The notes beneath the pieces were generated by a model. That model saw nothing but the letters and a program-made list of their open reading frames with translations. It did no database searches and was not told the origin of the DNA. The translations under genes were made by a program, and so were the position numbers. From Patescibacteria group bacterium (GTDB lineage: Bacteria; Patescibacteriota; Minisyncoccia; UBA6257; 1-14-0-10-40-38): 64,000 nucleotides of DNA. Below, in pieces: positions 20,783 to 30,240 of the stretch. Every line of letters starts with the position of its first letter. The stretch's first letter is position 1. The stretch spans positions 336-64,335 of the forward strand of contig JBBTRX010000001.1 of NCBI GenBank assembly GCA_038064975.1. The letters are read 5' to 3'.

Positions 20783-22426
20783 TTACTCTCCGACATGAAC
20801 GAGGTTATCAGGAGGGATATTGTAATAGCTAAGAATAAATTGGGCAAGTTCCCTAAACGCTGGAACTACCGTTGCACCTGCGAGGGTCGCTCCTTTCGGC
20901 TTGTCTAATTTTATGAGTGCAGTGAAACGAGGATTCGTCGCAGGGGCAAATCCGACATAGGTATGGATAAAATCTTCCGAATATCCGCCACGCTTAAAAT
21001 CAGGAACCTGTGCCGTCCCTGTTTTTCCTGCAATATGATATTCGGAAATGCTCGCAACCTTTGCTTTCTTTACTGCGGAGACCATCATATCCGTGACTGC
21101 GCTCGCCGTCTCCCGTGAAATAACACGGCGAACAACATGCGGACCATTTTCACGCGAAAGATAGGGATGCATCAAGAGTCCGCCATTTGCAATCGCAGAA
21201 ATAGCATCAATAAGCTGAAGAGGCGTTACGGAAACTCCTTGCCCATAAGATGCCGTAGCGAAATTAATATCCTGACCCTTTTTTCCAATATTTCCTAAAC
21301 TGCCAGGAACTTCTCCAAGTAATTCAATATCTGTTTTTTCTTCAAATCCAAAAAGTCTAAGATAGGATTCAAACACCTTGTGCCCCGTCTTTTGTTCGGC
21401 AAATGCCGCACCCGTGTTTATTGATTCTTCAATAACCTCAGTCATCGTCACCGTGCCGTGAGCTCTCCCGTCCCAGTTCATAATTTTTTTACCGTTTAGC
21501 GTAAGCGATCCGGAATCATAAAAGGTGGTTTTGGGCGTAATCTTTCCCGTATCAATACCTGCCGCCATAGTTAGAACTTTAAATACCGAACCTGGTTCAT
21601 ATACCGATTGGATCGCAGGATTCAAAAAATCTGAAAGCGAAGCATCTCCGTAACTATTAGGATCAAACGTAGGTCTGTTTGCAAGAGCAAGGATTGCTCC
21701 TGTGCTCGGATCTTGGACAATAATCGTCCCCGCATTCGTGTGATACCGCGCTGTAAGATCGTCCAGCATCTCTTCGGCACGTGCCTGAATATTCCTATCT
21801 ATTGTTAAATAAAAATCTCCTCCATGAACTGGAGCGGTGATCTTTTCCCCTTCAATAGTTCCCCGCTTTCCGCGAAGTTCAACATCGTAGTACGCTTCTA
21901 ATCCGTATTTTCCCATGGGTTCCATATCGTCTTCGCTAAATCCTAAAAATCCCAACACGTGGGAAGCAAGCTGTTCAAAGGGATAAAATCGCAACGTCTC
22001 TTTATCAAAATAAATCCCTTTGATATCTGCAGCCCGCACCGCTTCCACATCCTCTTTTGAAATTTTATTTGCGATATGTTCGTACAAATCGTTCTTTCGC
22101 GCCAAACGTACGGCAAGGCGATCTGCATTAAGATTAAAAATTTTTGCGAGCGCTATTGCAGCTTTTTTGGGATCCTTAATTTCTTTAGGAACCGCAAAAA
22201 CAACGTCATAATCCTTATTCACGACTACCGGAATCACATTTTCATGCTTATCCGTGAAATAGAGCGATCCTCTATGGGGTTCAAGTACGCCCGAAGAAGT
22301 ATATTGGGATTCTGCTTTAGCTGAGTAGTAGCTCCCTTGTGCAATCTGGAGATAATGAAGTCGGAAAATAATGCCAGAAAAGCCGACGATAATTCCAGTA
22401 ATGACAAAAGCGAGCCGAAGTTTCAT
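20783..22426 (-). CDS. ftsI: Class B penicillin-binding protein (FtsI-like)
   Basis: EPGSVFK, SIN, KTGTAQ; dcw context. Confidence 0.9.
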   Translation of the reverse strand: MKLRLAFVITGIIVGFSGIIFRLHYLQIAQGSYYSAKAESQYTSSGVLEPHRGSLYFTDKHENVIPVVVNKDYDVVFAVPKEIKDPKKAAIALAKIFNLNADRLAVRLARKNDLYEHIANKISKEDVEAVRAADIKGIYFDKETLRFYPFEQLASHVLGFLGFSEDDMEPMGKYGLEAYYDVELRGKRGTIEGEKITAPVHGGDFYLTIDRNIQARAEEMLDDLTARYHTNAGTIIVQDPSTGAILALANRPTFDPNSYGDASLSDFLNPAIQSVYEPGSVFKVLTMAAGIDTGKITPKTTFYDSGSLTLNGKKIMNWDGRAHGTVTMTEVIEESINTGAAFAEQKTGHKVFESYLRLFGFEEKTDIELLGEVPGSLGNIGKKGQDINFATASYGQGVSVTPLQLIDAISAIANGGLLMHPYLSRENGPHVVRRVISRETASAVTDMMVSAVKKAKVASISEYHIAGKTGTAQVPDFKRGGYSEDFIHTYVGFAPATNPRFTALIKLDKPKGATLAGATVVPAFRELAQFILSYYNIPPDNLVHVGE

Positions 22427-22746
22427 AGATTCTGAGCGAGCGATGGAGCAATAGGTGTTTCAACTTGTAAATATTCGGGATTCTTCTCAAGCACAAGTCC
22501 CTGCGAAGCCGCGTACTCTGCCGCATTCTTGCGGTCAAGTAATGAGTATAACTCATCTTTTAATTCTGCATTGTGGACAGTTTCCTGTTGGATCGCATTT
22601 TCGATGCGTCGGATGTCGTACCGTGCGCCTACTTCCATACTATAGAGCGCGATCATTCCAATTCCAGCGATGCTTACAATGCCAAGCAAGGGAAGAATGA
22701 AAGCGAGTGAGAGTTGTCGTATTTTTCTTGAGTGGAGAAATGTCAT
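22423..22746 (-). CDS. FtsL-like cell division protein
   Basis: TM plus coiled coil, located between rsmH and ftsI. Confidence 0.6.
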   Translation of the reverse strand: MTFLHSRKIRQLSLAFILPLLGIVSIAGIGMIALYSMEVGARYDIRRIENAIQQETVHNAELKDELYSLLDRKNAAEYAASQGLVLEKNPEYLQVETPIAPSLAQNL

Positions 22747-23630
22747 GTGCGTATAAGTCCTCTTAGTTTTGCCGACCGCGACCTTGGATTGCTTGCGATT
22801 TCGTGGGCTGTGGGAGTAATTGGCTTTTTAGTGATCAGTGTTCCCATACCGGCCTTTGCGAATTCCCTGAAACGCTGTTTTACAATTCTGTCTTCATGGG
22901 AATGGAAGGAAACGATGATCATTCTCCCCCCGGTTGTAAGGATTGAAGGCACGGCGGCGAGGATTCGTTCCAGATTTTCAAATTCCTGATTCGCATAGAT
23001 GCGAAGCGCCATAAATGTTCGCGTTGCCGGATGGATTCTTCCATGTTCATAGTTTGTAGGAACTGCGCCTTTCACTATTTCTGCAAGTTTCGCTGTTGTT
23101 TGAATATCTCCCTTCCGTAAATACTCTTTAATTGCTTTCGCGATACGTTTTGCAAAACGTTCTTCACCGATTTCTTTAAAAATATTCGCGAGATCATGTT
23201 CTTTGAGCTGTTTCAAAAGAGTTTGCACGGGCGTCATCTCGTCGCTATAGGTCATTATGAGTGGCTCGTCACGCATGAAGCTAAATCCCCTCCCCGCGCG
23301 ATCAACCTGGAGCGAAGAAAATCCAAGATCAAGTACAACAACGTCTGCGCTCTCAATTCCCTGCTCGCGGATAAGACTCGGTATGTCCGCGAAATTTCCA
23401 TGGATTGCGATTACACGTAATCGCGGAGACGAAAGTTTTTCTAATTCTTTACCCGTCGTCCGAATCATGGATTCATCCCAATCAATCCCCGCGAATACTC
23501 CATCTCCTTGGAGAACTTCTAAGGAAGCACGGGCATATCCTCCGCCATCAAGTGTTCCGTCAACGATTGTTTCTCCTGGTTGGATGTTTGCCATACGCAT
23601 AACTTCTTCTAAGAGGACTGGTGTGTGCAT
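22743..23630 (-). CDS. rsmH: 16S rRNA m4C1402 methyltransferase
   Basis: HTPVLL, DLGFSS, HPATRTFMALRI, NPRSRSAKLR. Confidence 0.98.
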   Translation of the reverse strand: MHTPVLLEEVMRMANIQPGETIVDGTLDGGGYARASLEVLQGDGVFAGIDWDESMIRTTGKELEKLSSPRLRVIAIHGNFADIPSLIREQGIESADVVVLDLGFSSLQVDRAGRGFSFMRDEPLIMTYSDEMTPVQTLLKQLKEHDLANIFKEIGEERFAKRIAKAIKEYLRKGDIQTTAKLAEIVKGAVPTNYEHGRIHPATRTFMALRIYANQEFENLERILAAVPSILTTGGRMIIVSFHSHEDRIVKQRFREFAKAGMGTLITKKPITPTAHEIASNPRSRSAKLRGLIRT

Positions 23631-23712
23631 TGCGGTTACGGGTTTTTGAATTTTTGTATATTGTAAGGAATAAACTCTTCAACTCATCAACTGATCAACT
23701 CATTAACTATTC

Positions 23713-24144
23713 TCATATCCCTAGTTCGCCCATTTTTTCAGCAATCTCATCAGAAGCAGATTCCGTCTTCGCCTTGTATTGTTTCCATGAATCGGCATCC
23801 CAAATTTCAAAACGATTAAATACGCCCGTAACAATTGCTTCTTTTTTTAAATCTGCATATTTGCGTAAATGATCCGGTATCAAGATTCTTCCCTGCCCAT
23901 CAATATCAGCTTCAGCTGCACCGGAAAGCATAAGTCGAGAAAATGCACGAGAATTCGCCTGAGCAATCGGAAGCGCGACCAACTTTTGTGCGAGCGTCTC
24001 CCATTCGTTTCTGGAAAATACAAAAAGGCAGTGATCCAATCCCCGAGTTACGATCGCACCGCCTGCGAGATCCTTGCGGAACTTTGCCGGAACTGCGATG
24101 CGTCCCTTTACATCAAAATTGTGTGCGTATTCTCCGATGAACAT
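23713..24144 (-). CDS. mraZ: Transcriptional regulator MraZ
   Basis: MFIGEY, DVKGR, DGQGRILIP. Confidence 0.98.
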   Translation of the reverse strand: MFIGEYAHNFDVKGRIAVPAKFRKDLAGGAIVTRGLDHCLFVFSRNEWETLAQKLVALPIAQANSRAFSRLMLSGAAEADIDGQGRILIPDHLRKYADLKKEAIVTGVFNRFEIWDADSWKQYKAKTESASDEIAEKMGELGI

Positions 24145-24183
24145 CTGGGTTAAGTATTAGGTTCTAGGGTTTAGAAGATTGGG

Positions 24184-24353
24184 GCGAGAGTGAGGATATT
24201 CTTCGTAAAAAGGTCATTCTATGCCTTTTTCACCACTAAGCGAGAAGGTTTTGCTTTTAAAAAAGGTGGTCTATAGCTCTTTTTCACCAATAAGTGAGCA
24301 TATCCTTCGTAAAAAGGTCATTCTTATAGCTTTTTTAGAAGAATATGCGAGCG
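24184..24353. repeat. Cluster of GCGAG-flanked hairpin repeats in the mraZ leader
   Basis: ATAT(T/C)CTTCGTAAAAAGGTCATTCT at 24196 and 24300; related units at 44463-44673. Confidence 0.65.
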
Positions 24354-24380
24354 ACTTTTCCCCAGATTTCGGGGTTATCC

Positions 24381-24442
24381 CCATAGTTATCCACTTTCCC
24401 CCACTTATGTAACATTCTATGCCACATATACATGTCGGTCAA
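24381..24442 (-). promoter_or_regulatory. mraZ promoter and MraZ boxes
   Basis: TTGACC (24442-24437), 17 nt, TAGAAT (24419-24414), then GTGG-N6-GTGG-N6-ATGG (24404-24381). Confidence 0.8.
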
Positions 24443-24605
24443 ACACTTTAGTTCTCCCCAGAATATGAAGCTATATAGGTTTTTATAGCCATAATCTCTC
24501 CATGCTATAAGCGAAATCCGGCCGTCCAGGCGGATGAAAAAATCCCTTAAAAAGGGATAAAAAGAGGCATACCTAAGTGGGGAAAGGTATGCCCTTAGGC
24601 ACGAA

Positions 24606-25184
24606 CTAGTTGTGCCCGTTATTGCCGGAACCGTTGCTGGTCCAGTTGTTGTTGCTTCCGTTCAGGTCGATGTTGTTGTTGTTCCCATTCACGGTCAGCG
24701 TATTGCTGTTTGAACTCTTGTAGAAGTCCACATCGTTGCCGTTTCCGGTCAGGGTGATTGTGGATCCGTTGCCGGTGATGTTGATACCACCGTCACCCAT
24801 CTTGTTGCCTTCCGGCTGATCGGCATCCGTGACACCTTCCGCATTGACCTCCAAGACGTTGTCGTTGCTCGTCTCGAGCTCATCACCGGCGTTGAGTCCG
24901 GAAACCTTGCCTTGAGCGCCATTGCCACAGTCGACCTTGCTCCACGGAGCTCCCTGGTTGGGATGGAACTCCCTCACGGTGAACTTGGACGTGCCTTGCG
25001 TTGCCGTGTTCTCGACCTTCACACCATCGGACGTGGTGTAGGTCTCACCCGGCTTCACTTCCGTAACCTTCGGAACCGTTACCGGACCGGAAGGCGTGCC
25101 GGAACGCGTGGATGACTGCGCGAACGTCGGAACGAGAAGCAGACAGAGTGCGACGAGAAGACTGAACATTCCTTTGAAACTCAT
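24606..25184 (-). CDS. Secreted Asn/Gly-rich protein with C-terminal beta-solenoid-like repeats
   Basis: Signal peptide ending TFA-Q; ITGNGSTI/LTGNGNDV/VNGNNNNI repeats; AAGGAG SD. Confidence 0.65.
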   Translation of the reverse strand: MSFKGMFSLLVALCLLLVPTFAQSSTRSGTPSGPVTVPKVTEVKPGETYTTSDGVKVENTATQGTSKFTVREFHPNQGAPWSKVDCGNGAQGKVSGLNAGDELETSNDNVLEVNAEGVTDADQPEGNKMGDGGINITGNGSTITLTGNGNDVDFYKSSNSNTLTVNGNNNNIDLNGSNNNWTSNGSGNNGHN

Positions 25185-25328
25185 GAGAGTTCTCCTTATG
25201 AAAGTGGGACAGAAAAACATCTTACTCGTCGACAGTGACAAGCAAGAAGTACTGGAAACATAATTTCACATAAAGCAATATATTGTCAAGAAAAAGACCC
25301 CTTCACCTTACGGTGTCGGGGTCCTTGG

Positions 25329-26042
25329 CTATTCGCCCTGTGGGAAGAGCTTCGCGATCTCTTCGGAAGAGAAAATGCCTTTCATCTCGGTGAGATAGGC
25401 TTCGTAGAGAGCACTTCTCTCAAGTTGCAGACTCGGAGCACTCGGATGATCGAAGCCTCCAATTTCAGCCCATCGCACATTCCAATTCTCGAGCGATTGG
25501 TTATAGCGACTAATCGCTTGCACAGCCGGATCCACTTGCCACGGTTGCGGAAGTGATTCCAACCTACCCACGACATAAGATTCAATAATAAGACGATCAT
25601 CTTCAGAGAGTGCCTGAGCCTCGGGTGTCTCACGAAACTCTTGAGTCAAACCCTCCACGAGGTGTTCGCGCCGCAGAGAGACAATATCTTCCTGAAGTTC
25701 TTCAATAAATTTCAGAAGCCGCGCATTCTCTTCTTCAAGGTATGCGATCGTCTTTGATCGATCTTCGTCCAAAGAGATTTCACGAGCAATCTCCACTCTT
25801 GAATCTTGCAAAAATTCATTGGTTTCAGGCTGAATCCAAGCCGATTTGTGATATTCTTCTCCAAAATCAATTGGCTCTCCTGCAAGATCAATTGGCTCAT
25901 GGGGCGTTTCCAAGAGAGGATCGCCAGTTGAGGAAAAGGAAACATAAACCGCCACTATTAGAGTCAAAAACATTAATGCGCCGACAATGGAAAGCAGGGT
26001 AGAAAAAGACATTCTCACACCCTTCGAATTCATAGCCATCAT
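25329..26042 (-). CDS. Hypothetical membrane-anchored coiled-coil protein
   Basis: N-terminal TM helix, acidic helical body; GGGAGG SD. Confidence 0.6.
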   Translation of the reverse strand: MMAMNSKGVRMSFSTLLSIVGALMFLTLIVAVYVSFSSTGDPLLETPHEPIDLAGEPIDFGEEYHKSAWIQPETNEFLQDSRVEIAREISLDEDRSKTIAYLEEENARLLKFIEELQEDIVSLRREHLVEGLTQEFRETPEAQALSEDDRLIIESYVVGRLESLPQPWQVDPAVQAISRYNQSLENWNVRWAEIGGFDHPSAPSLQLERSALYEAYLTEMKGIFSSEEIAKLFPQGE

Positions 26043-26212
26043 AGGCCTCCCTTGTATCCCTGTGAGTTTTAGATCCCCCGCACACATGAGTCATGCACTG
26101 GAAAAGGACTGTTGATATCAAATCAAATAATCTTCATTTTGTCAATAGATTCTAAAAAAATGCTCCACACACAAGGTGTGGAGCAGAACTCAACCAACTC
26201 GCCTTTGAGGAG

Positions 26213-26455
26213 TTAGGCTGTTCTCACTAGCGTAAGCACGTCTTCATCGTCACCCCCCCTACCCTGAATGGGATGGAGGTAACCTGTCTTTGCCTCCCGC
26301 AGTTCATCGCGGAAAACACTCCAATCTTCGGGACTGAAGAGTTCTGTCAAACTATCACACGTGGTGCAATAGTGTTGCTCCCTCGAGGTAAGGTAGGAGA
26401 CGTACGTTTTACATCTCCCACAGTACCGACTATCCGTATAGAAGTCTCCTCGCAT
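26213..26455 (-). CDS. Small zinc-ribbon protein
   Basis: CGRC...CTTC; purine-rich SD; hairpin terminator 26161-26185. Confidence 0.55.
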   Translation of the reverse strand: MRGDFYTDSRYCGRCKTYVSYLTSREQHYCTTCDSLTELFSPEDWSVFRDELREAKTGYLHPIQGRGGDDEDVLTLVRTA

Positions 26456-26622
26456 GAACTTCTTCCTCTTCCTCTACTTCTCGTGTTGTAAACGAACCAG
26501 AAAAGCCATTCTACTGAAATCAAGCCGACGAGTCAACTAAAAATCTTCATCCGACTCTGCCGATTACGGCCCGCGCCCTTTCCCACTTACCTTGTTAGAT
26601 TTATAATGCAATCCAGCTATAT

Positions 26623-26699
26623 GCGCGCATAGCTCAGCTGGTTAGAGCGCTACATTCACATTGTAGAGGTCCCTGGTTCGAATCCAGGTGCGCGCACCA
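26623..26699 (+). tRNA. tRNA-Val(CAC)
   Basis: GCGCGCA/TGCGCGC acceptor; CTACA-TTCACAT-TGTAG; encoded CCA. Confidence 0.96.
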
Positions 26700-26917
26700 A
26701 AATCTAAAAGGGCAAATGACAACTCATAACCATTTCAAGAAACTAAAAAGATAACCTTTGTGTTTGTTGTAAGGTGCGACATGAATGCGAGAGCTCCTCT
26801 CACAAATCAGCGCATACACGTAATCCCTTTCCGATACCCATCCTAATTCCTCACACTCAAAAACACCCACCATAAGCGGCGGGTGTTTTTGGTTATATTG
26901 AACGTAAGGCAAATACC

Positions 26918-27298
26918 TTATTTCAAAATAGCTGTTGCTCCTGCTCCTTCTAATTTCTTTTTTAGATCCTCGGCGTCTTCTTTCTTCATGCCAGCTTTTA
27001 CAACCTTTTCACCGCCTTCCGTCATATCTTTCGCTTCTTTGAGTCCAAGGCCCAATACTTCGCGAATAACTTTAATGACTTGGATCTTTTGGCCGCCCGC
27101 ATCCTTCATAACTACGTCAAATGAAGTTTTCTCTTCTGCTGCATCAGCACCTGCCGCTCCATTGCCCATAGCGGCAACCGGCATAGCAGCGGAAACACCG
27201 AACTTCTCTTCAATCGCTTTTACGAGTTCTGAGAGTTCAGAAACTTTCATTCCTTCAATCTTGGTTAAAATATCGTTAAATTTTTCCATATTGTTCAT
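26918..27298 (-). CDS. rplL: 50S ribosomal protein L7/L12
   Basis: [24 protein letters not shown]; exact start uncertain. Confidence 0.97.
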   Translation of the reverse strand: MNNMEKFNDILTKIEGMKVSELSELVKAIEEKFGVSAAMPVAAMGNGAAGADAAEEKTSFDVVMKDAGGQKIQVIKVIREVLGLGLKEAKDMTEGGEKVVKAGMKKEDAEDLKKKLEGAGATAILK

Positions 27299-27314
27299 TA
27301 TCAATTGTTTATTA

Positions 27315-27872
27315 TTATCCGACCGTTTCGGTCTTTACTTCTTCCGCTTTCACTTCAGGCGCTGGTGATTCCCCGCCTTTCTTTCCTACTTCTTGCAACA
27401 CGTACATAAGCTTACGGAGAGGCCCGTTCAAAACATTAGCGAGCTGTGCCAAGAGCACTTCGCGGCTCGGTAATTGTGCAAGCGTTGTGAAAGCCTGTGC
27501 ATCCAGATATTCGCCGTGGGCGAGATCAAACGCTCCAAGTACTTTAAACTCTTTTTTCTCTCGCGCGACATCGCGGGAAAACTTATAAATCGCTCCTGCG
27601 GATTCCGTAAGTTCGCCCGGGATAAAGATGCTTCCAACCTGCGCATCGTACTGCGTAGGATCAAAATCAATCTTGCTCTGCTTGAACGCGATCTTTAGAA
27701 GACGCTTTTTGATAACGCGAAACACTGCTCCGCTCTTTTTGAGCTCGCTCTTTAGCTTACTCAAAAGGGCAATGCTTACGCCCGAAAAATCGGCGAAGAC
27801 AACGCTTCCGCTTTTCTCTAAAAGCTCTTTTCCCGCCCCAAGCTCTTTTATTTTTTGTTCTCGTGATTTCAT
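27315..27872 (-). CDS. rplJ: 50S ribosomal protein L10
   Basis: [14 protein letters not shown]; upstream of rplL; start moved to ATG 27872. Confidence 0.93.
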   Translation of the reverse strand: MKSREQKIKELGAGKELLEKSGSVVFADFSGVSIALLSKLKSELKKSGAVFRVIKKRLLKIAFKQSKIDFDPTQYDAQVGSIFIPGELTESAGAIYKFSRDVAREKKEFKVLGAFDLAHGEYLDAQAFTTLAQLPSREVLLAQLANVLNGPLRKLMYVLQEVGKKGGESPAPEVKAEEVKTETVG

Positions 27873-27879
27873 AGAAATA

Positions 27880-27996
27880 TTGCTGTATACGACCTTTTCC
27901 GCAAAATAAAACTGCGGGAACATTCCGCAGCTCGAATACTGGAGTATTTGAGTGTTTCCTCGGTAGGGCTTATGAAATGCCTACTTTCTGCGGATT
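27880..27996 (-). ncRNA. L10 leader (ribosomal protein autoregulatory RNA)
   Basis: CCGCAGAAAGTAGG...CCTACCGAGG core directly upstream of rplJ resembles the L10 leader consensus. Confidence 0.75.
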
Positions 27997-28083
27997 GCGA
28001 ATATATTAACAAACCCGACTCTTCACGTCAAGAAAAAACCCCCGGAACGCTTGCGCGCATCGGAGGCTGTTGAGAAGAAAGGG

Positions 28084-28527
28084 CTACTTGCGGATAGCAG
28101 CGAATCGAAAGAATTCAGGCCAACTAGCCTCGAGATTGCGAAGGCCAAGAGATCGATCCGAGCTGTCCCCAGCGAGGTACGGAACTTCACGAACGTGGCA
28201 ACCCCCCGGGACCCGCCAGACAGAAGCAAGCGCCACGATTGGGAATTCTCGTTGAAGATTGGGATAATGTTCGCCGAGGGCGAGAAGTTCATAGAGCCCT
28301 ATAGGGCAGTAGCCCATCCTGCTAATCTCATCGCGTACATCGTAAATCGAACTTATCCGATTGAGGTGGATGAGCCCTACCGCGACTTCAGCCAAACCAC
28401 TACACTTAGTGGAGAAATTCCTGGATTTGATATCGGATTTCACCCGGTCATAGCGACCGAGCCTCACCGCTGCTTCGACCGAGAGGTCGTAGTTCACTTG
28501 AACTACTACTTCAGGCTCCGTAGTCAT
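28084..28527 (-). CDS. Orphan DGR-target-like (CLec-type) protein
   Basis: C-terminus VPYL-x13-LEASW...FAAIRK is in register with the DGR VR peptide; AAGGAG SD. Confidence 0.65.
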   Translation of the reverse strand: MTTEPEVVVQVNYDLSVEAAVRLGRYDRVKSDIKSRNFSTKCSGLAEVAVGLIHLNRISSIYDVRDEISRMGYCPIGLYELLALGEHYPNLQREFPIVALASVWRVPGGCHVREVPYLAGDSSDRSLGLRNLEASWPEFFRFAAIRK

Positions 28528-28620
28528 GACTGTTCTCCTTTAAGGAACGAGTAGAATCGCTTCTCATAACCAGCGTCATGGCGGTTACGTTCAGAAGCCC
28601 ATGTTTAACGTACTCCATTA

Positions 28621-28649
28621 ATTATACTCCTATTTCTATATTCTGTCAA
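28621..28649 (-). promoter_or_regulatory. Consensus sigma70 promoter for the 28527 gene
   Basis: TTGACA-17-TATAAT. Confidence 0.8.
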
Positions 28650-28699
28650 ATACAATAAATAATCGATATACAATTCAAACTCTTCAACTCACCAACTCA

Positions 28700-29395
28700 T
28701 TAACCCCTCAACTCCCCTTGCTTCCGCCATTCCTCAATCTTCTTATGATTCCCCAACAAAAGCACCTTCGGGACACGCCATGAAGATGACTTAGAACTTT
28801 TAACTGACAACTTATAACTTTTCTTATTTTTTAGATTTGGTATAAAAATCTCCGGCTTCGTATAGACCGGATACGAACCTTTTATTTCCTCTAACGATTC
28901 ATGTTTCCCAAGCACTCCCGGAATAAAACGCGAAACTGCATCCACAAGAATCATTGCCGGCAATTCCCCACCGGAGAGAACGTAATCCCCTAACGATATT
29001 TCTTCGTCTGCAACATGCTCCGCAACGCGCTCGTCTACACCTTCGTACCTTCCACAAATTAAAATAAGCTGGTCGTATTTTGCAAGACGTTTTGCAATAC
29101 TCGCGTCAAATTTTTTACCCCGCGTAGAAAATAAAATTACGCGGGTTTTTTGTTTTTTGTTTTTAGTTTTTAGTTTCTGCACTATTTTGTAGATCGGCTC
29201 TACCTTAAACACCATCCCTGGACCGCCTCCATATGGAGAATCATCTACAGTTTTATGTTTATCGATCGTAACGTCCCGCAAGTTATGAGCTTTAATCGTT
29301 ATGAGTTTCTTTTCTTGTGCTCGTCTCAAAATAGACTCATTAAAATATGAGTCAAAGATCTGCGGAAAAATAGTTATGAGATCAAACTTCAGCAT
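28700..29395 (-). CDS. trmD: tRNA (guanine-N1)-methyltransferase
   Basis: VDDSPYGGGPGM, CGRYEGVDER, SLGDYVLSGGE. Confidence 0.97.
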   Translation of the reverse strand: MLKFDLITIFPQIFDSYFNESILRRAQEKKLITIKAHNLRDVTIDKHKTVDDSPYGGGPGMVFKVEPIYKIVQKLKTKNKKQKTRVILFSTRGKKFDASIAKRLAKYDQLILICGRYEGVDERVAEHVADEEISLGDYVLSGGELPAMILVDAVSRFIPGVLGKHESLEEIKGSYPVYTKPEIFIPNLKNKKSYKLSVKSSKSSSWRVPKVLLLGNHKKIEEWRKQGELRG

Positions 29396-29440
29396 GGTAC
29401 GTATTAAAACAACCCGCATTTCGCGGGTGTTTTTAAAAAT

Positions 29441-29728
29441 CTATTCTTGTGGTTCTGGACGACTCGCACGTGATCCACCCTCCGGTTCGTCAATCTTTAA
29501 ATTAACACGCGCATCATGCTTAATACCTACAATACGGAGCAGAGAACGGATTGCGTTCGCAGTCGCGCCCTTGCGGCCAACCACTTGCCCCATGTCTTGA
29601 GGATTAACTCTCAACGTTAAAAGAACGCCAAGTTCATCAATGCGGCGATCAACTTTCACATCCTCCGGATGGTCAACGATTGATTTTACGAGAAATTCCA
29701 AAAATTCCTGGTCAGAAACTTTGTTCAT
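29441..29728 (-). CDS. khpA: KH-domain RNA-binding protein (KhpA/YlqC)
   Basis: DMGQVVGRKGATANAIR; lies between rpsP and trmD. Confidence 0.9.
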   Translation of the reverse strand: MNKVSDQEFLEFLVKSIVDHPEDVKVDRRIDELGVLLTLRVNPQDMGQVVGRKGATANAIRSLLRIVGIKHDARVNLKIDEPEGGSRASRPEPQE

Positions 29729-29804
29729 AGGCTCTCTGTAATTATCTGAATTTGGCGACCTTATTTATATAGTAACTATAGTAATAACAACTTACACCGT
29801 CAAT

Positions 29805-30125
29805 TTATGCCGCAGCCGGAGTTTGCGCTGCTGCAGGAGCGGATGCCTCGCCCTTCTTCTTTGACTGGTTATGGACTGCACGCTTCGTGCCCTCAATAAT
29901 ACCTGCGCGAAGCAAAAGATTATGAATCGTATCTGTTGGCTGTGCGCCTACTTTAATCCAATGCAAAATGCGTTCTTTTTTGATTTCGTAAGTATTTAAC
30001 AACGGATTAAACCAACCCAAATCCTCCGTGTGCTGGCCATGGAGTTTGGAACGGCGCTCGCTCACGACAACGCGATATGCCGGCTGATGTTTCTTTCCGA
30101 TACGTTTGAGTTTTATGGATAACAT
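29805..30125 (-). CDS. rpsP: 30S ribosomal protein S16
   Basis: MLSIKLKRIGKKHQPAYRVVV, GAQPTDT; start moved to ATG 30125. Confidence 0.95.
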   Translation of the reverse strand: MLSIKLKRIGKKHQPAYRVVVSERRSKLHGQHTEDLGWFNPLLNTYEIKKERILHWIKVGAQPTDTIHNLLLRAGIIEGTKRAVHNQSKKKGEASAPAAAQTPAAA

Positions 30126-30240
30126 GAATATGGGAGTTATGGTAGCACAAGCGTAAAAAACCGTCAAAGCCATAAAAAAGCCGGCCGCGCGATCGAATCG
30201 CATGGCCGGACAGGGCTTTCTATGAAAACCAATTAAGGAA

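Noticed and set aside
24184-24353. CRISPR array (also considered for 44463-44673)
   Set aside because: Units are degenerate and irregularly spaced, with no unique spacers of constant length and no cas genes
24606-24800. AAC-rich stretch as another template repeat
   Set aside because: It is the coding end of a signal-peptide protein and has no VR-like partner in the window
28084-28220. Second VR of the TR at 41793-41915
   Set aside because: Many mismatches at non-adenine positions and a one-codon length difference
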